Assembly (NCBI GenBank): GCA_964016885.1
Contig: OZ024762.1
Coordinates: 9,672,001-9,736,000 of the forward strand
Length of the DNA stretch: 64,000 nucleotides
From: Eledone cirrhosa
Taxonomy: Eukaryota
Direction of reading: 5' to 3'
Shown here: in pieces, positions 25,201 to 37,933 of the stretch
Numbering within the stretch: the first letter of the stretch is position 1
Layout of the letters: every line of letters begins with the position of its first letter
Position numbers and translations under genes: made by a program
The notes under the pieces: generated by a model
Databases searched by the model: none
What the model was told of the DNA's origin: nothing
What the model saw: only the letters and a program-made list of their open reading frames with translations

Positions 25201-28200
25201 TGACTTGGTACTACAGTAATGATACAGCTATTGGTACTGCCTTGGTACTACAGTAATAATACAGCTATTGGTACTGACTTGGTACTACAGTAATGATACA
25301 GCTATTGGTACTGCCTTGGTACTACAGTAATGATACAGCTATTGGTACTAGCTTGGTACTACAGTAATGATACAGCTATTGGTACTGACTTGGTACTACA
25401 GTAATGATACAGCTACTGGTACTGACTTGGTACTACAGTAATGATACAGCTATTGGTACTGCCTTGGTACTACAGTAATAATACAGCTATTGGTACTGAC
25501 TTGGTACTACAGTAATGATACAGCTATTGGTACTGCCTTGGTACTACAGTAATGATACAGCTATTGGTACTAGCTTGGTACTACAGTAATGATACAGCTA
25601 TTGGTACTGACTTGGTACTACAGTAGTACTACAGCTATTGGTACTGACTTGGTACTACAGTAATGATACAGCTATTGGTACTGCCTTGGTACTACAGTAA
25701 TAATACAGCTATTGGTACTAGCTTGGTACTACAGCAATGATACAGCTACTGGTACTGACTTGGTACTACAGTAGTACTACAGCTATTGGTACTGACTTGG
25801 TACTACAGTAGTACTACAGCTATTGGTACTGACTTGGTACTACAGTAATGATACAGCTACTGGTACTAGCTTGGTACTACAGCAATGATACAGCTACTGG
25901 TACTGACTTGGTACTACAGTAGTACTACAGCTATTGGTACTGACTTGGTACTACAGTAGTACTACAGCTATTGGTACTGACTTGGTACTACAGTAATAAT
26001 ACAGCTACTGGTACTGACTTGGTACTACAGTAGTACTACAGCTATTGGTACTGACTTGGTACTACAGTAATAATACAGCTATTGGTACTGACTTGGTACT
26101 ACAGTAATGATACAGCTATTGGTACTGCCTTGGTACTACAGTAATGATATAGCTATTGGTACTAGCTTGGTACTACAGCAATGATACAGCTATTGGTACT
26201 GACTTGGTACTACAGTAATGATACAGCTATTGGTACTGCCTTGGTACTACAGTAATGATATAGCTATTGGTACTGCCTTGGTACTACAGTAATGATACAG
26301 CTATTGGTACTGCCTTGGTACTACAGTAATAATACAGCTATTGGTACTGACTTGGTACTACAGTAATGATACAGCTATTGGTACTGCCTTGGTACTACAG
26401 TAATGATACAGCTATTGGTACTGCCTTGGTACTACAGTAATGATACAGCTATTGGTACTGACTTGGTACTACAGTAATGATATAGCTATTGGTACTGACT
26501 TGGTACTACAGTAATAATACAGCTATTGGTACTGCCTTGGTACTACAGTAATAATACAGCTATTGGTACTGCCTTGGTACTACAGTAATGATACAGCTAT
26601 TGGTACTGCCTTGGTACTACAGTAATGATACAGCTATTGGTACTAGCTTGGTACTACAGTAATGATACAGCTACTGGTACTAGCTTGGTACTACAGTAAT
26701 GATACAGCTATTGGTACTAGCTTGGTACTACAGTAATAATACAGCTATTGGTACTGCCTTGGTACTACAGTAATAATACAGCTATTGGTACTGCCTTGGT
26801 ACTACAGTAATAATACAGCTATTGGTACTGCCTTGGTACTACAGTAATAATACAGCTATTGGTACTGCCTTGGTACTACAGTAATAATACAGCTATTGGT
26901 ACTGCCTTGGTACTACAGTAATAATACAGCTATTGGTACTGCCTTGGTACTACAGTAATGATACAGCTATTGGTACTAGCTTGGTACTACAGTAATAATA
27001 CAGCTATTGGTACTGCCTTGGTACTACAGTAATAATACAGCTATTGGTACTTACTTGGTACTACAGTAATCATACAGCTATTGGTACTGCCTTGGTACTA
27101 CAGTAATAATACAGCTATTGGTACTGCCTTGGTACTACAGTAATAATACAGCTATTGGTACTGCCTTGGTACTACAGTAATAATACAGCTATTGGTACTG
27201 CCTTGGTACTACAGTAATCATACAGCTATTGGTACTGACTTGGTACTACAGTAATAATACAGCTATTGGTACTGCCTTGGTACTACAGTAATAATACAGC
27301 TATTGGTACTGCCTTGGTACTACAGTAATGATACAGCTATTGGTACTAGCTTGGTACTACAGTAATAATACAGCTATTGGTACTGCCTTGGTACTACAGT
27401 AATAATACAGCTATTGGTACTGCCTTGGTACTACAGTAATGATACAGCTATTGGTACTGCCTTGGTACTACAGTAATAATACAGCTATTGGTACTTACTT
27501 GGTACTACAGTAATCATACAGCTATTGGTACTGACTTGGTACTACAGTAATAATACAGCTATTGGTACTAGCTTGGTACTACAGCAATGATACAGCTATT
27601 GGTACTGACTTGGTACTACAGTAATAATACAGCTATTGGTACTGCCTTGGTACTACAGTAATGATACAGCTATTGGTACTGCCTTGGTACTACAGTAATG
27701 ATACAGCTATTGGTACTAGCTTGGTACTACAGTAATGATACAGCTATTGGTACTGACTTGGTACTACAGTAGTACTACAGCTATTGGTACTGACTTGGTA
27801 CTACAGTAATGATATAGCTATTGGTACTGCCTTGGTACTACAGTAATGATACAGCTACTGGTACTAGCTTGGTACTACAGCAATGATACAGCTATTGGTA
27901 CTGACTTGGTACTACAGTAGTACTACAGCTATTGGTACTGACTTGGTACTACAGTAATAATACAGCTACTGGTACTAGCTTGGTACTACAGTAATGATAC
28001 AGCTATTGGTACTGCCTTGGTACTACAGTAATGATACAGCTATTGGTACTGACTTGGTACTACAGTAGTACTACAGCTATTGGTACTGACTTGGTACTAC
28101 AGTAATAATACAGCTATTGGTACTGACTTGGTACTACAGTAATGATACAGCTATTGGTACTGCCTTGGTACTACAGTAATGATATAGCTATTGGTACTAG

Positions 28201-30263
28201 CTTGGTACTACAGCAATGATACAGCTATTGGTACTGACTTGGTACTACAGTAATAATACAGCTATTGGTACTGCCTTGGTACTACAGTAATGATACAGCT
28301 ATTGGTACTAGCTTGGTACTACAGTAATCATACAGCTATTGGTACTGACTTGGTACTACAGTAATAATACAGCTATTGGTACTAGCTTGGTACTACAGTA
28401 ATGATACAGCTATTGGTACTGACTTGGTACTACAGTAATGATACAGCTATTGGTACTGACTTGGTACTACAGTAATACTACAGCTATTGGTACTGCCTTG
28501 GTACTACAGTAGTACTACAGCTATTGGTACTGACTTGGTACTACAGTAATACTACAGCTATTGGTACTGCCTTGGTACTACAGTAGTACTACAGCTATTG
28601 GTACTGACTTGGTACTACAGTAATACTACAGCTATTGGTACTGCCTTGGTACTACAGTAGTACTACAGCTATTGGTACTGACTTGGTACTACAGTAATAC
28701 TACAGCTATTGGTACTGACTTGGTACCACAGTAATACTACAGCTATTGGTACTAGCTTGGTACTACAGTAATACTACAGCTGTTGGTACTAACTTGGTAC
28801 CACAGTAATACTACAGCTATTGGTACTGACTTGGTACCACAGTAATACTACAGCTATTGGTACTGCCTTGGTACTACAGTAATACTACAGCTGTTGGTAC
28901 TAACTTGGTACCACACTAATACTACAGCTATTGGTACTGACTTGGTACCAGAGTAATACTACAGCTGTTGGTACTGCCTTGGTACTACAGTAATACTACA
29001 GCTATTGGTACTGACTTGGTACCAGAGTAATACTACAGCTATTGGTACTGACTTGGTACCAGAGTAATACTACAGCTGTTGGTACTAACTTGGTACCACA
29101 GTAATACTACAGCTGTTGGTACTAGCTTGGTACTACAGTAGTACTACAGCTGTTGGTACTAACTTGGTACCACAGTAATACTACAGCTGTTGGTACTAGC
29201 TTGGTACTACAGTAGTACTACAGCTGTTGGTACTAACTTGGTACCACAGTAATACTACAGCTGTTGGTACTAACTTGGTACCACAGTAATACTACAGCTA
29301 TTGGTACTGACTTGGTACCAGAGTAATACTACAGCTGTTGGTACTAACTTGGTACCACAGTAATACTACAGCTGTTGGTACTAGCTTGGTACTACAGTAG
29401 TACTACAGCTATTGGTACTGACTTGGTACCACACTAATACTACAGCTATTGGTACTGACTTGGTACTACAGTAATACTACAGCTATTGGTACTGACTTGG
29501 TACTACAGTAATACTACAGCTATTGGTACTAGCTTAGTACTACAGTAGTACTACAGCTATTGGTACTGACTTGGTACCACAGTAATACTACAGCTATTGG
29601 TACTAGCTTGGTACTACAGTAATACTACAGCTGTTGGTACTAACTTGGTACCACAGTAATACTACAGCTATTGGTACTGACTTGGTACCACACTAATACT
29701 ACAGCTATTGGTACTGACTTGGTACCACACTAATACTACAGCTATTGGTACTGACTTGGTACTACAGTAATACTACAGCTATTGGTACTGACTTGGTACT
29801 ACAGTAATACTACAGCTATTGGTACTAGCTTAGTACTACAGTAGTACTACAGCTATTGGTACTGACTTGGTACCACAGTAATACTACAGCTATTGGTACT
29901 AGCTTGGTACTACAGTAATACTACAGCTGTTGGTACTAACTTGGTACCACAGTAATACTACAGCTATTGGTACTGACTTGGTACCACACTAATACTACAG
30001 CTATTGGTACTGACTTGGTACCACAGTAATACTACAGCTATTGGGACTAGCTTGGTACTACAGTAGTACTACAGCTATTGGGACTAGCTTGGTACTACAG
30101 TAATACTACAGCTATTGGTACTAGCTTGGTACTACAGTAGTACTACAGCTATTGGTACTGACTTGGTACTACAGTAATCATACAGCTATTGGTACTGCCT
30201 TGGTACTACAGTAGTACTACAGCTATTGGTACTGACTTGGTACTACAGTAATACTACAGCTAC
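22212..30263. repeat. 37-bp satellite array, about 8 kb (about 217 copies)
   Basis: Unit GCTATTGGTACT(GA/GC/AG)CTTGGTACTACAGTA(ATGA/ATAA/GTAC/ATAC)TACA; period 37 (22267 to 22304). Confidence 0.98.
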
Positions 30264-31251
30264 TCTGATTGTGGCTTGGTAAAAAGAAAGACAAAAGTAA
30301 GTTTACAGGAAATGACAAACAAAACTGATTGGTTATTATATATATACAATATTTATATCTATATATATATAACCAAAGATTAATATGGTTCATTGATTAC
30401 TCAATGAATATAGTTTTACAATAGATTAAAAGCACTCTACAAGGAAGTTTTCTGGAGTTATTAATATTATTCAAAATATTAATAAATGAAGACATTCACA
30501 TAATCAAAATATATGTTTTATTATATATATTTCGAAGGCACTGTGTTGTTTTTACAGTATGTCCTCGTCATATATCTATATATATATATTCGGAATTGGA
30601 ACATATCGATGTGGTTCGTAGGGTGCGGATATGATAAGGAGAATCGACCTATTACAGGGCGATATATTTGGAGTACACCATCCCTCATATGGACTATCAT
30701 ATATGTAAGGCTGCATTACTGCTAACCAACAATTCTTTTCACAGACTCATGCTTGCAAACTCTCTTGATCTGCCTGTATACCCCCATTTGCACTGCTTGT
30801 GCTTTTATGCAACCATGCTTTGCTTTGTCTTATATATTTTGGGGGGGTTTTCCAGTCTTTTTGTTCATTAATTGTTTTGTATTTTTGTATTTATCTCTTT
30901 TCTTATCCCTGTATTTTTGTACTTTTTTATTGTTTTTTTGTTATTTTCTTGTTTTTTCTGATTGTTTCTGATCATGCTGAGTAATACCCTCACTCACCCC
31001 TTGCTACCCTCTCCCAACCTCTTTATCATCTATTGCACCATATGAGTGATACATTTTTGGTGTAATTTTTAATTTGTAATTTGTAATTTTTTAATTTTTA
31101 AGACATTTTATGACATTATGTGCATCATGTATTATGTCTTTTTCCATATAGTGCTAGCCTCGGGACCCCCCCCCCCCCTGCTACACATTTAACCTTGTTC
31201 TGGTGATGCAGCTCGATGGAGCATGCAACTACTGATATACTTATGTTTATA

Positions 31252-31298
31252 GGCTCTGATGATTCCTGCCATGGTGTATGGATGAAACACTGTTAGCT
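31252..31298 (+). ncRNA. Hammerhead ribozyme-like motif
   Basis: GGCT-CTGATGA-TTCC..TGGAT-GAAA-CACTG-TT-AGCT followed by AATAAA. Confidence 0.6.
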
Positions 31299-31559
31299 AA
31301 TAAAACTATGTATTTCTAAGCACTCTTTGGTTATTCCTATAACGGCTCTGTAGTATACTAGTTATCCTACATTGAGCTAAAACCACACTGTCATACCAAG
31401 GGCAATATATCTACATGTATAGGCATATTGATATATTTGTCAACGAAATATATATATATATATGTATTCTTTATTTTGTTTTTGTACAGATCAAATACAC
31501 TTATTGTAAATCTACATTGCATGACACTTCAAAAATCTCTCTCTTTCTCTCTCTCTCCT

Positions 31560-32660
31560 TGTCTGTATGTGTGTGTGTGTGTGTGTATATGTGTGTCTGT
31601 GTGAGTATATGTCTATATGTGTGTGTGTGTCTGTCTGTATGTGTGTGTGTGTGTGAGTATGTGTCTGTATGTGTGTGTCTGTGTGTGTGTGTCGATGTGT
31701 GTGTGAGTATGTCTGTATATGTGTGTGTGTGTCGATGTGTGTGTGAGTATGTGTGTGTGTGTCTATGTGAGTATGTGTGTCTGTGTGTGTGTCTGTATGT
31801 GAGTGTGTGTCTGTGTGTGTGTCTGTATGTGAGTATGTGTCTGTGTGTGTATATATGTGTGTATGTGTGTGTATATGTCTGTGTGTGTGTGTGTGTGTCT
31901 GTATGTGTGTGTGTGTGTGAGTATGTGTCTGTATGTGTGTGTGTGTGTGTATATGTGTGTCTGTGTGAGTATATGTCTATATGTGTGTGTGTGTGTGTCT
32001 GTCTGTATGTGTGTGTGTGTGTGAGTATGTGTCTGTATGTGTGTGTCTGTGTGTGTGTGTCGATGTGTGTGTGAGTATGTCTGTATATGTGTGTGTGTGT
32101 GTCGATGTGTGTGTGAGTATGTGTGTGTGTGTCTATGTGTGTCTGTGTGTGTGTCTGTATGTGAGTGTGTGTCTGTGTGTGTGTCTGTATGTGAGTATGT
32201 GTCTGTGTGTGTATATATGTGTGTATGTGTGCGTATATGTCTGTGTGTGTCTGTCTGTATGTGTGTGTGTGAGTATGTGTCTGTATGTGTGTGTCTGTGT
32301 GTGTGTGTATGTCGATGTGTGTGTGAGTATGTCTGTATATGTGTGTGTGTCTATGTGAGTATGTGTGTGTGTGTGTGTGTCGATGTGTGTGTGAGTATGT
32401 GTGTGTGTGAGTGTCTATGTGAGTATGTGTGTGTCGATGTGTGTGTGAGTATGTCTGTATCTGTGTGTGTGTCTATGTGAGTATGTGTCTGTATGTGTGT
32501 CTATGTCTGTATGTGTGTGTGTCGATGTGAGTATGTCTGTATGTGTGTGTGTGTCTATGTGAGAGTCTGTGTCTGTATGTGTGTGTGAGTGTGTGTGTGT
32601 GTCAATGTGTGTGTGTGCGTGTGTATGTCTGTATATATGTGTGTGTGTGTGTGTGTCTAT
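31560..32660. repeat. Degenerate (GT)n tract
   Basis: Seen directly. Confidence 0.95.
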
Positions 32661-32904
32661 GTAATCTGCATCCGTCTCTGTACATGGGATTAACAAGAGG
32701 TTATAAATGAATCTCACACCAACTCTGCCCTACAACATTCTTATCTGAGCAACTTATATTGAACATTAGATAAGAAACAGAAAGATGTACAAAATATAAA
32801 ATAATTGAAAGTAAAGACAACTTTTGAGGAGAGAACCTTTATAATATTGGGAGTTTTTCCAACACGCTGACACGTATGTCTGTGTGTATGTATGTATGTG
32901 TATA

Positions 32905-33195
32905 TCTAAAGTCTAAAGTCTGTCTTAAGCCAGAAGGATCATTTGGCCGGTGCTTATCCCCAGTTTCATGGCGTGAAGTGACAGAGTACAAGACTCCCCT
33001 CTGGACAAGACGCCAGTCCATCGCAGGGTTAAACCTCCAGCTATTGCTGGTACTCATTTTCAGCTGAGTGAACTGGAGCAACGTGAAATAAAGTGTCTTG
33101 CTCAAGGAAACAACACATCACCCGGTCCGAGAATTGAACTCACAACCTTTCGATTGCAAGCCTACTGCTCTAACCACTAAGCCATGCGCCTTCAC
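32905..33195 (-). mobile_element. tRNA/CORE-like SINE with an alternative 3' tail
   Basis: Head and core match family A; tail AACCCTGCGATGGACTGGCG..GAAACTGGGGATAAGC..(AGACTTT)n. Confidence 0.85.
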
Positions 33196-33512
33196 GTATG
33201 TGTATATACATATATTTATATGTATGTGTATATATACATACATTTATATGTATGTGTATATATGGATATAAACGTGCAAGCACAGACGCACTTACAAAAA
33301 TACATACTCACAGACATACATTCACACAAACACACGCACATTGATTTAAACACATAAACTCATACACATCCCTAGCAAATGGAACGCCAGCCACTGTTTT
33401 GCTATACTTTTTTTCCCCATCCCCTTCCTTCATTTTACACACACATACACACACACACATTGTGTGATGGACGGACAGACGGAAATCGCTCAAATATAAA
33501 TATATATATATG

Positions 33513-33646
33513 TATTTAATATAGAAATAGCTTCTAGAGGATTAGAACTGTTTCATTCGGGAGAAATCATCAGTACGCCCCCCCCCTGATGATTTCTCCC
33601 GAATGAAACAGTTCTAGTCCTGTAAAAGCCATTTCTATATTAAATA
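33513..33646. mobile_element. Inverted pair of Penelope-like fragments, each arm carrying a hammerhead core
   Basis: About 60-bp arms, 12-bp spacer; CTGATGATTTCTCCCGAATGAAACAGTTC on both strands. Confidence 0.78.
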
Positions 33647-34529
33647 TTTATGTTCTGCTATGTATTGAGTACCTTACTTACTGTGGTTACCTCCGATTGA
33701 ATCTGGGATAAACTTATAATATATATTTCCCAAATATTTTTTGCGATATAGAGGTTATCTCCCTTGCTGAATTCCATGTGCGTTTTTTCAGCCTGGGTTA
33801 TGCCTTTTCATTCGTTCGGACAAAAGCCCGTTGAGGAAGTAAATTCCGGTCCGCTGGCTCCTAGAAGTCTTATATATTTTTATGTGAGCTGATAGAGGGC
33901 AGTTTAAGGATTTACAGAAACCCAAGAAGCTAGATTTACCATCTTTCTAGCGGGTCCGGGTAATCTTTTTACATTCATTTGATTTATTGATTTATTGATA
34001 TTTTATCTGAGTGTCCCGAATCTTCCAGATCGCAATTTTTCGGTCGTATGGTTGATTATAGACTTGTTCTATGTGTGACGGTATTTTAACGATAGTTATA
34101 GCTCTGATTTATCTGAATTATTGAGCCCTCTGCCGCTCATTTCGAATTTTGTTTATCGTGAACTCGTGCGCCGATTTTTCGATACTCGATTATTCTACTA
34201 TATTATATATATATATATATATATATAGTAATAATAATAAATTTGAAGACTAAAATCCAAAGAGGGCTCGATAAGGATACATCAAATATATATGAACCGT
34301 AGAGCAAATATTTATTATATATATATTATAAGTTTATAATATATATATACTTTGTCTTTTAATTTGTTTTGCAAGATTTTATTGGCACCCAAAATATAAC
34401 TATATATATATATATATATATAAGACATTAACCCTTTAGCATTTAAACTGGCCGTAACCAGCCAGAATTCTCTCACCTCTTTCTGTTAAAACCGGCCACT
34501 CATACTAATGTTAAGATATATATAAATAA

Positions 34530-34713
34530 ATAATTGTTTCTACTTTTGGCACAAGGCCAGCAATTATCCCAGTGTATTACTGGTACTTTATTTTATCAAC
34601 CCCGTAAGGATGAAAGGCAAAGTTAACCTCTGCGGGATTTGAACTCAGACCACAAAGGGCCGTAACTCTTTGCTGCAAAGCATGACGTCCGACCCTCTAC
34701 TGATACTGCCAAT
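34530..34713 (-). mobile_element. Family-B SINE
   Basis: Tail, core and B-box match 19803-19997. Confidence 0.85.
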
Positions 34714-34779
34714 GGAAGGTTTTTAGATAAATATCAACACTTCAAAACAATAACCGAAAGAATACAACCATGAATATAA

Positions 34780-35120
34780 GCAGCTGAAATGGGGTTCTTC
34801 TGAAGGGTCTTTGGGGTAACGTTACAGGATAGAGTGGGTAGCTCGGAGATCAGAGAGTTGCTCCAGGTAGAGCTGCTACTTCTCTGAATTGAGAGATCAC
34901 AGCTCTGATACTTTGGGTTCCTGTGAAGGGTCTTTGGAGTAACATTACTCGATAGAGTACATTGCTCAGATATCAGGGAGTTGCTCTAGGTAGAGCTGCT
35001 ACTTTTCTGATTTGAGAGCTGTGATATTACGGACATGTGGTTAGAATGTCTCAGGAAAAAATTGCTGGACAGATTTTATGAGCAAAACCAACTGGCAGGG
35101 GATACAAGGGGTAGACCCTG
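34780..35120 (+). pseudogene. Decayed RTE-clade ORF2 fragment with internal tandem duplication
   Basis: AAEMGFF*RVFGVTLQDRVGSSEIRELLQVELLLL*IERSQL*YFG..GHVVRMSQEKIAGQIL*AKPTG; stops fit CGA>TGA decay. Confidence 0.85.
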
Positions 35121-35487
35121 AGCAGGTTAGTATCAAAAAGGGTTAAGTTGATTTTGTAATCATAAGTTTGTTTTACAAATACATCATGTATTTGTAAAAT
35201 CAACTTAAATCAATTTACAAAATCAACTTAACCCTTTTTGATACTAACATGCTCAGGGTTTACCCCTTGTATCTCATCTCCTGCCAGTTGGTTTTGCCCA
35301 TAAAATCTGTCCAGCAAGTGTTTTCTTCTGTAGTATAAAATATATGAAATACATAAAATAAAAGGAAAGAGAATATACTTAACAACAACAACAACAACAT
35401 CAATCGTATCTTTGTAAAACCAGAGGTAAAAAATCCAACCAATTTAGAAACAGAAAATATTTCATGTTTTCAAAAGAGCAATTTTTT

Positions 35488-35536
35488 TCTTACCTGAAAA
35501 ATACAAGAGTGAAATAAGGGGAAACAACTATTAGAA
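35488..35536 (-). other. Candidate recursive splice site (abutting 3' and 5' splice sites; junction 35494|35493)
   Basis: Minus strand TTCTAATAGTTGTTTCCCCTTATTTCACTCTTGTATTTTTCAG|GTAAGA. Confidence 0.5.
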
Positions 35537-35667
35537 ACATAATAATAATAATATTTCATTTATTGGCCACAAGGGCCGACAATACAAAAGACAGGGAGAG
35601 TGGGGGGGGGTTACATATACAACGTGTAAAACAACAACAACAATAATAATAAAAATAATAACAATAA

Positions 35668-36222
35668 TAATAATGTTTCTACTATTGGCACAAGGCCAGC
35701 AATTATCCCAGTGTATTACTGGTACTTTATTTTATCGACCCCCGTAAGGATGAAAGGCAAAGCTAAACTTGGCGGGATTTGAACTCAGAATGTAAAGGGC
35801 CATAACTCTAAGATGCAAAGCATGGTATCTGACGCTTTACAGATACTGCCAAAAATAATGTTTCTACTTTTGGCACAAGGCCAGCAATTATCCCAGTGCA
35901 TTACTGGTACTCTATTTTATCGGCCCCGTAAGGATGAAAGGCAAAGTTAACCTCGGCGGGATTTGAACTCAGATCATAAAGGGCCGTAACTCTATGCTGC
36001 AAAGCATGGCGTCCGACCCTCTACCGATACTGCCAAAAATAATAATGGTTTCTCATTTAGGCACAAGGCCAACAATTTTAGGGGAGGGGAAAGTCGATTA
36101 AATTGACCCCTGAGCATTAAGGTACTTTATTTTATCGACCTTGCAGGGAAGGAAGACAAAGTTAACCTCGGCGGGATTTGAACTCAGATCATAAAGGGAG
36201 GTAACTCTATGCTGCAAAGCAA
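35668..36222 (-). mobile_element. Three head-to-tail family-B SINEs
   Basis: Three consecutive tail/core/head units, each beginning in (AAT)n. Confidence 0.88.
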
Positions 36223-36858
36223 TGATTTTGATTCCCAGACCGAGCAATGTGTTATGTCCTTGACCAAGACACTTTATTTCACGTTGCTCCTTCTGCCTGG
36301 AGTTGCGACCTGTAGATAGTACTAGCAATTGTTAAAACCAATGGAAACATTGTTTCCTTGGTTCGATTTGAGGAGCTCTACCCCACTAGATAAGTGAATG
36401 AGGTCTGGGATCTTGCTAATTGACTGTTGATATATATATATATATTCAGATAAAGAAATGAGATGTTACATTGAGAGCAAGTCTTCTCTTTCTCACCCTC
36501 TCTCACTGTCTCTCTCTCACCCTCTCTCACTCTCTGTCTGTCTATCTCTCTCTCTCTCACTGTCTCTCTCTCACCCTCTCTCTCTCTCTCTGCACACTCT
36601 CTCACTGTCTATCTGACTCTCTATTTCTCTCTCTCTCACCCCCTCTCTCTCTATCTCTCTCTCTCTCTTTGCACACTCTCTCACTGTCTGTCTTTCTATT
36701 TCTCTCTCTCTCTCTCACTCTCCCACCCCCTCTCTCTCTCACTGCATGCTCTCACTGTCTATCTCTCTCTCTCTCACTGCACACTCTCTCACTGTCTCTC
36801 TCTCTCACTGTCTCCCTCTCTCTCTGTCTCTCCCTCCTCCCTTCTCCTGCTGTCTCAC

Positions 36859-36887
36859 CTCTTCAAGTGAAGAAGGTAATGAGGACT
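36859..36887 (-). other. Candidate 29-nt exon
   Basis: tcttttctttctcaatAG|AGTCCTCATTACCTTCTTCACTTGAAGAG|GTGAGA in a unique island between microsatellites. Confidence 0.3.
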
Positions 36888-37447
36888 CTATTGAGAAAGA
36901 AAAGACTTGTTTAAGATCAATACACTTCAGATGTCTCTGTCACTTACACAAGGCAACATTTTTATCTTTCTATAGCACACAACACACACAGCACACATCT
37001 AGCATACACACACACATATATATATCTAGCACGCAATACACTATACACACACTCACCTCATTCACATATACAAACACCACACACACATATCTGGTACACC
37101 ATACACACACTTACATACACACATACCATATAGCACACACACAAACATACACACAAATACATATACAGCATATACACACACCACACATACATATATATAT
37201 ATATAGCACACCATACATACTCACCACACACAATTACATATACAGCACATACATACAACATACATACGCAAATATAGAGAGAGCACATACATAAACACTC
37301 ACACATACATATACAGCACATACATATATATATATACATACACACTCATACATATATATACAGCACATACATACACACACACACACACATTCACACAAAT
37401 ATAGAGAGAGCACATACATACATACAGCACATACATATATATATATA

Positions 37448-37851
37448 TCATCGTCATCATCATCACCGTTTTACGTCCATTCTTCCATGCTAGCATGGGT
37501 TAGACGGGTTGTCCTGTTGTGGGCAGTGTCCGGTCGACTGACCTTGTCTTGCTCGTACGGGAACTGATTCTGGCTTGATTCCTACAGCTGGATACCCTTC
37601 CTAACACCAACCTCATTTACAGTGAGTGCTGGGTGCTTTTTTGCCGTGGCACCTACATGACCACTTTACAGTGTGGGCTGGGTGCTTTTTTCCCGTAGCA
37701 CCTCCACCTGCAGTGGGAGGGAGTGGGGACATATTGTCTATATGCTTCAGCTTCGACTTGTACCCGTGGGGGGGGGGGCTGCTCTTCTGTATTACTACGT
37801 GACGCTAAAGGTCACGGTCGTGTGTCATCGCCTTTGAGAGGTGTAATTGGG

Positions 37852-37853
<2 letters not shown>
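37448..37853 (-). mobile_element. RTE 3' end with long UTR (same family as 6748-7165)
   Basis: Colinear reverse-complement match; flanked by (TA)n on both sides. Confidence 0.82.
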
Positions 37854-37882
<29 letters not shown>

Positions 37883-37933
37883 GAAAAAGTGAGGAATAAC
37901 ATGGTCAACTGTACAAACAAGGAAATTTATTTA

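Noticed and set aside
22212-30263. CRISPR-like appearance (37-bp periodicity)
   Set aside because: Directly abutting tandem units with no unique spacers and no cas genes; eukaryotic context
30590-30720. Possible Penelope GIY-YIG C-terminal remnant
   Set aside because: Could not recover a convincing motif by eye
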